DNA of 32,000 nucleotides from Thermoproteus tenax Kra 1 (GTDB lineage: Archaea > Thermoproteota > Thermoprotei > Thermoproteales > Thermoproteaceae), in assembly GCF_000253055.1 (NCBI RefSeq), contig NC_016070.1, forward strand, positions 1,470,001 through 1,502,000, read 5' to 3'. This document shows, one piece after another, positions 31,595-32,000 of this stretch (position 1 is the first letter of the stretch; the number at the start of each line of letters is the position of its first letter). A model generated the notes under the pieces. That model ran no database searches. It was not told the DNA's origin and saw nothing but the letters and a program-made list of their open reading frames with translations. The position numbers were made by a program, and so were the translations under genes.

Positions 31595-32000
31595 TCAGCG
31601 CCTTAGTTCATACAGGACCTTCTTGAAAGCCGCGGCGGTATCTACAGCGTCCTCCGGCGTTAGATTGGGCAGAACCAACAACGAGACCACTCTCTCTGCA
31701 GCCCACTCCGCGTTGGGCAGACGCTCGTATGCCACCTTCCTTCCGTAATACGGACAAGTCCAAGGACATCCCCTCCCGTGGCCCTCCAAGTTTTTAAACA
31801 ACGGAGTTCGGTACAGAGGAGTTGGATAGGCGACAAAGACATTGCCTATACCCTCGCGCCTCAAGGCCTCAACGACGAAATCGCGAGGTCTCCTCAGCCT
31901 CTCTACCGAGAGGAGTAGCTGTACTAAATGCCAACTGTGTTTCACGTAGGGCCTAGGCTTGATTGCCACGAGCAGGTCTCCGTCTAAGGGAGCCAACTCG
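31595..32000 (-). CDS. DegT/DnrJ/EryC1/StrS-family aminotransferase, C-terminal part (5' end beyond the right edge)
   Basis: The reading frame is open to the window edge (the track's M is a TTG). HSWHLVQLLLS...RDFVVEALRREGIGNVFVAYPTPLYRTPLF...LLVLPNLTPEDAVDTAAAFKKV fits the C-terminal domain pattern of this PLP family. Confidence 0.8.
   Translation of the reverse strand, partial: ELAPLDGDLLVAIKPRPYVKHSWHLVQLLLSVERLRRPRDFVVEALRREGIGNVFVAYPTPLYRTPLFKNLEGHGRGCPWTCPYYGRKVAYERLPNAEWAAERVVSLLVLPNLTPEDAVDTAAAFKKVLYELRR

Noticed and set aside
1-32000. Search by eye for CRISPR arrays, IS elements, transposase/integrase genes and toxin-antitoxin pairs.
   Set aside because: I saw no regularly spaced direct repeats, no terminal inverted repeats around any ORF, and no ORF with recognisable transposase, integrase or Cas motifs.

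Overview
This looks like a core chromosomal segment of a crenarchaeon, most likely order Thermoproteales (Pyrobaculum/Thermoproteus-like). Supporting content: A-type ATPase atpF-atpE-atpA running straight into rpoH-rpoB, RadA, thermosome, Rpo6/RpoK, an Elf1 homologue, family-4 UDG, ether-lipid enzymes (CarS, GGGPS, a geranylgeranyl reductase), intron-containing tRNAs, AGG/AGA/ATA-rich codon usage, frequent GTG/TTG starts, and A/T boxes about 23 nt upstream of start codons (leaderless style). About 47 protein genes are densely packed, with many ATGA/TAATG overlaps. I saw no CRISPR array, transposase, integrase or obvious defence island, so this is mostly housekeeping DNA. Items not in the ORF track: the 5' part of rpoB at the left edge; three intron-containing tRNAs (Ser-CGA and two near-identical Leu genes whose 18-nt intron appears to sit inside the anticodon); a textbook C/D box sRNA at 13405-13458 whose D' guide matches the conserved 23S GGGGAUAAC segment; and two sub-60-aa ORFs with their own TATA-like boxes. 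The most system-like unexplained item is a stand-alone RimK/LysX-type ATP-grasp ligase translationally coupled to a LysW-like zinc-ribbon mini-protein (14794-15872). Other oddities are exact 45-nt divergent promoter modules with one central A/T box, sharp intragenic AT-rich codon-usage islands, a SWIM / Cys-less SWIM-like gene pair, and several unexplained spacers. All functional calls come from reading motifs by eye; no database search or folding program was run.
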